DNA of 64,000 nucleotides from Escherichia coli (GTDB lineage Bacteria; Pseudomonadota; Gammaproteobacteria; Enterobacterales; Enterobacteriaceae): NCBI RefSeq assembly GCF_044647545.1, contig NZ_CP172818.1; one strand, 5' to 3'. Shown piece by piece: positions 63,074 to 64,000 of this stretch (position 1 is its first letter; each line of letters starts with the position of its first letter). The notes under the pieces were generated by a model. It saw only the letters and a program-made list of their open reading frames with translations, ran no database searches and was not told where the DNA came from. The position numbers and the translations under genes were made by a program.

Positions 63074-63148
63074 GGGTCGTTAGCTCAGTTGGTAGAGCAG
63101 TTGACTTTTAATCAATTGGTCGCAGGTTCGAACCTGCACGACCCACCA
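63074..63148 (+). tRNA. lysY: tRNA-Lys (UUU) variant, 75 nt, with a 1-nt deletion in the T-loop
   Basis: Same as the other Lys copies except ggttcgaacctgc in place of ggttcgaatcctgc. Confidence 0.8.
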
Positions 63149-63196
63149 ATTTTAAAGATTGGTTCCGAGTAGAAATCTTTCAGGTAACACCCGTAT

Positions 63197-63272
63197 GGGT
63201 CGTTAGCTCAGTTGGTAGAGCAGTTGACTTTTAATCAATTGGTCGCAGGTTCGAATCCTGCACGACCCACCA
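63197..63272 (+). tRNA. lysZ: tRNA-Lys (UUU)
   Basis: Identical 76-nt tRNA-Lys sequence. Confidence 0.95.
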
Positions 63273-63305
63273 TCCTGAATGATTAAAGCAGCATAATCCC
63301 GCAAG

Positions 63306-63381
63306 GGGTCGTTAGCTCAGTTGGTAGAGCAGTTGACTTTTAATCAATTGGTCGCAGGTTCGAATCCTGCACGACCCACCA
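63306..63381 (+). tRNA. lysQ: tRNA-Lys (UUU)
   Basis: Identical 76-nt tRNA-Lys sequence. Confidence 0.95.
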
Positions 63382-63384
63382 ATG

Positions 63385-63413
63385 TAAAAAAGCGCCCTAA
63401 AGGCGCTTTTTTG
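63385..63413 (+). terminator. Intrinsic terminator of the tRNA operon
   Basis: agcgcc-ctaa-ggcgct followed by tttttt. Confidence 0.7.
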
Positions 63414-63628
63414 CTATTCAGGCATCCTCAATTTCACTGTGTAACCTGATGACATCTTCAGAGCTTACTGTGCAAGCAACTCTACGTCGGTGGAATTAGG
63501 CGTAATTCGAGTGACTTTTCCCCACCATTCGACTATCTTGTTTAGCATATAAAACAAATTTCACCGATAACAGCGAATATTACGCTCATGTCGGTTTTAA
63601 CGTTAAGCCTGTAAAACGAGATGGTAAG

Positions 63629-64000
63629 ATGAGCGTGATGTTTGATCCTGAAGCGGCGATTTATCCTTTCCCCCCGAAGCCGACGCCGTTAAGTATTGAT
63701 GAAAAAGCGTATTACCGTGAGAAGATAAAACGTCTGCTAAAAGAACGTAATGCGGTGATGGTTGCCCACTACTACACCGATCCCGAAATTCAACAACTGG
63801 CAGAAGAAACCGGTGGCTGTATTTCTGATTCTCTGGAAATGGCGCGCTTCGGTGCAAAGCATCCCGCTTCTACGTTGTTAGTCGCGGGGGTGAGATTTAT
63901 GGGAGAAACCGCCAAAATTCTCAGTCCGGAAAAAACAATTCTGATGCCGACACTTCAGGCTGAATGTTCACTGGATCTCGGCTGCCCTGTTGAAGAATTT
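63629..64000 (+). CDS. nadA: Quinolinate synthase A, 5' partial (runs off the window end)
   Basis: Direct translation gives [79 protein letters not shown]...; no stop before the window end, so absent from the ORF track. Confidence 0.9.
   Translation, partial: MSVMFDPEAAIYPFPPKPTPLSIDEKAYYREKIKRLLKERNAVMVAHYYTDPEIQQLAEETGGCISDSLEMARFGAKHPASTLLVAGVRFMGETAKILSPEKTILMPTLQAECSLDLGCPVEEF

Noticed and set aside
62579-63381. Regularly spaced repeats that could be mistaken for a CRISPR array
   Set aside because: The repeats are complete tRNA-Lys and tRNA-Val genes with cloverleaf sequence and CCA ends. There are no cas genes and no short uniform repeat-spacer structure.
63603-63857. 84-aa reverse-strand ORF near the window end
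   Set aside because: It lies antisense to the clearly identifiable nadA 5' coding region.

Overview
This window reads as Escherichia coli chromosome (K-12-like gene order), running from a partial DUF2625-like gene through potE-speF-speFL, kdpFABC-kdpDE, ybfA, the rhsC locus, ybgA-phr, dtpD, ybgI-pxpBCA, nei, abrB, the cryptic ybgOPQD fimbrial operon, gltA, sdhCDAB-sucABCD, mngR-mngAB, cydABX-ybgE, ybgC-tolQRA-tolB-pal-cpoB, a seven-gene tRNA Lys/Val array, and the 5' end of nadA. All gene identifications are from my recognition of the translated ORFs and from operon context; no database search was run. The only clearly accessory segment is the Rhs locus (13.4-21.4 kb): a full rhsC with a GC-rich core and an AT-rich, Cys-rich C-terminal tip of unknown function, a small membrane immunity-like gene (ybfB), a ~1 kb orphan duplicate of the rhs core 3' end, and three tandem H-repeat (ISAs1-family) copies. 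I did not find a convincing new multi-gene system. The most checkable observations are apparent single-base deletions in otherwise conserved sequence (gltA 3' end, ybfB poly-T tract, one tRNA-Lys T-loop), a kdpE 3'-end fragment that together with kdpE itself brackets the speF-potE module as direct repeats, and a likely mis-placed mngA start codon. Several small genes absent from the ORF track (speFL, kdpF, cydX, nadA 5' end) are recoverable by direct translation.
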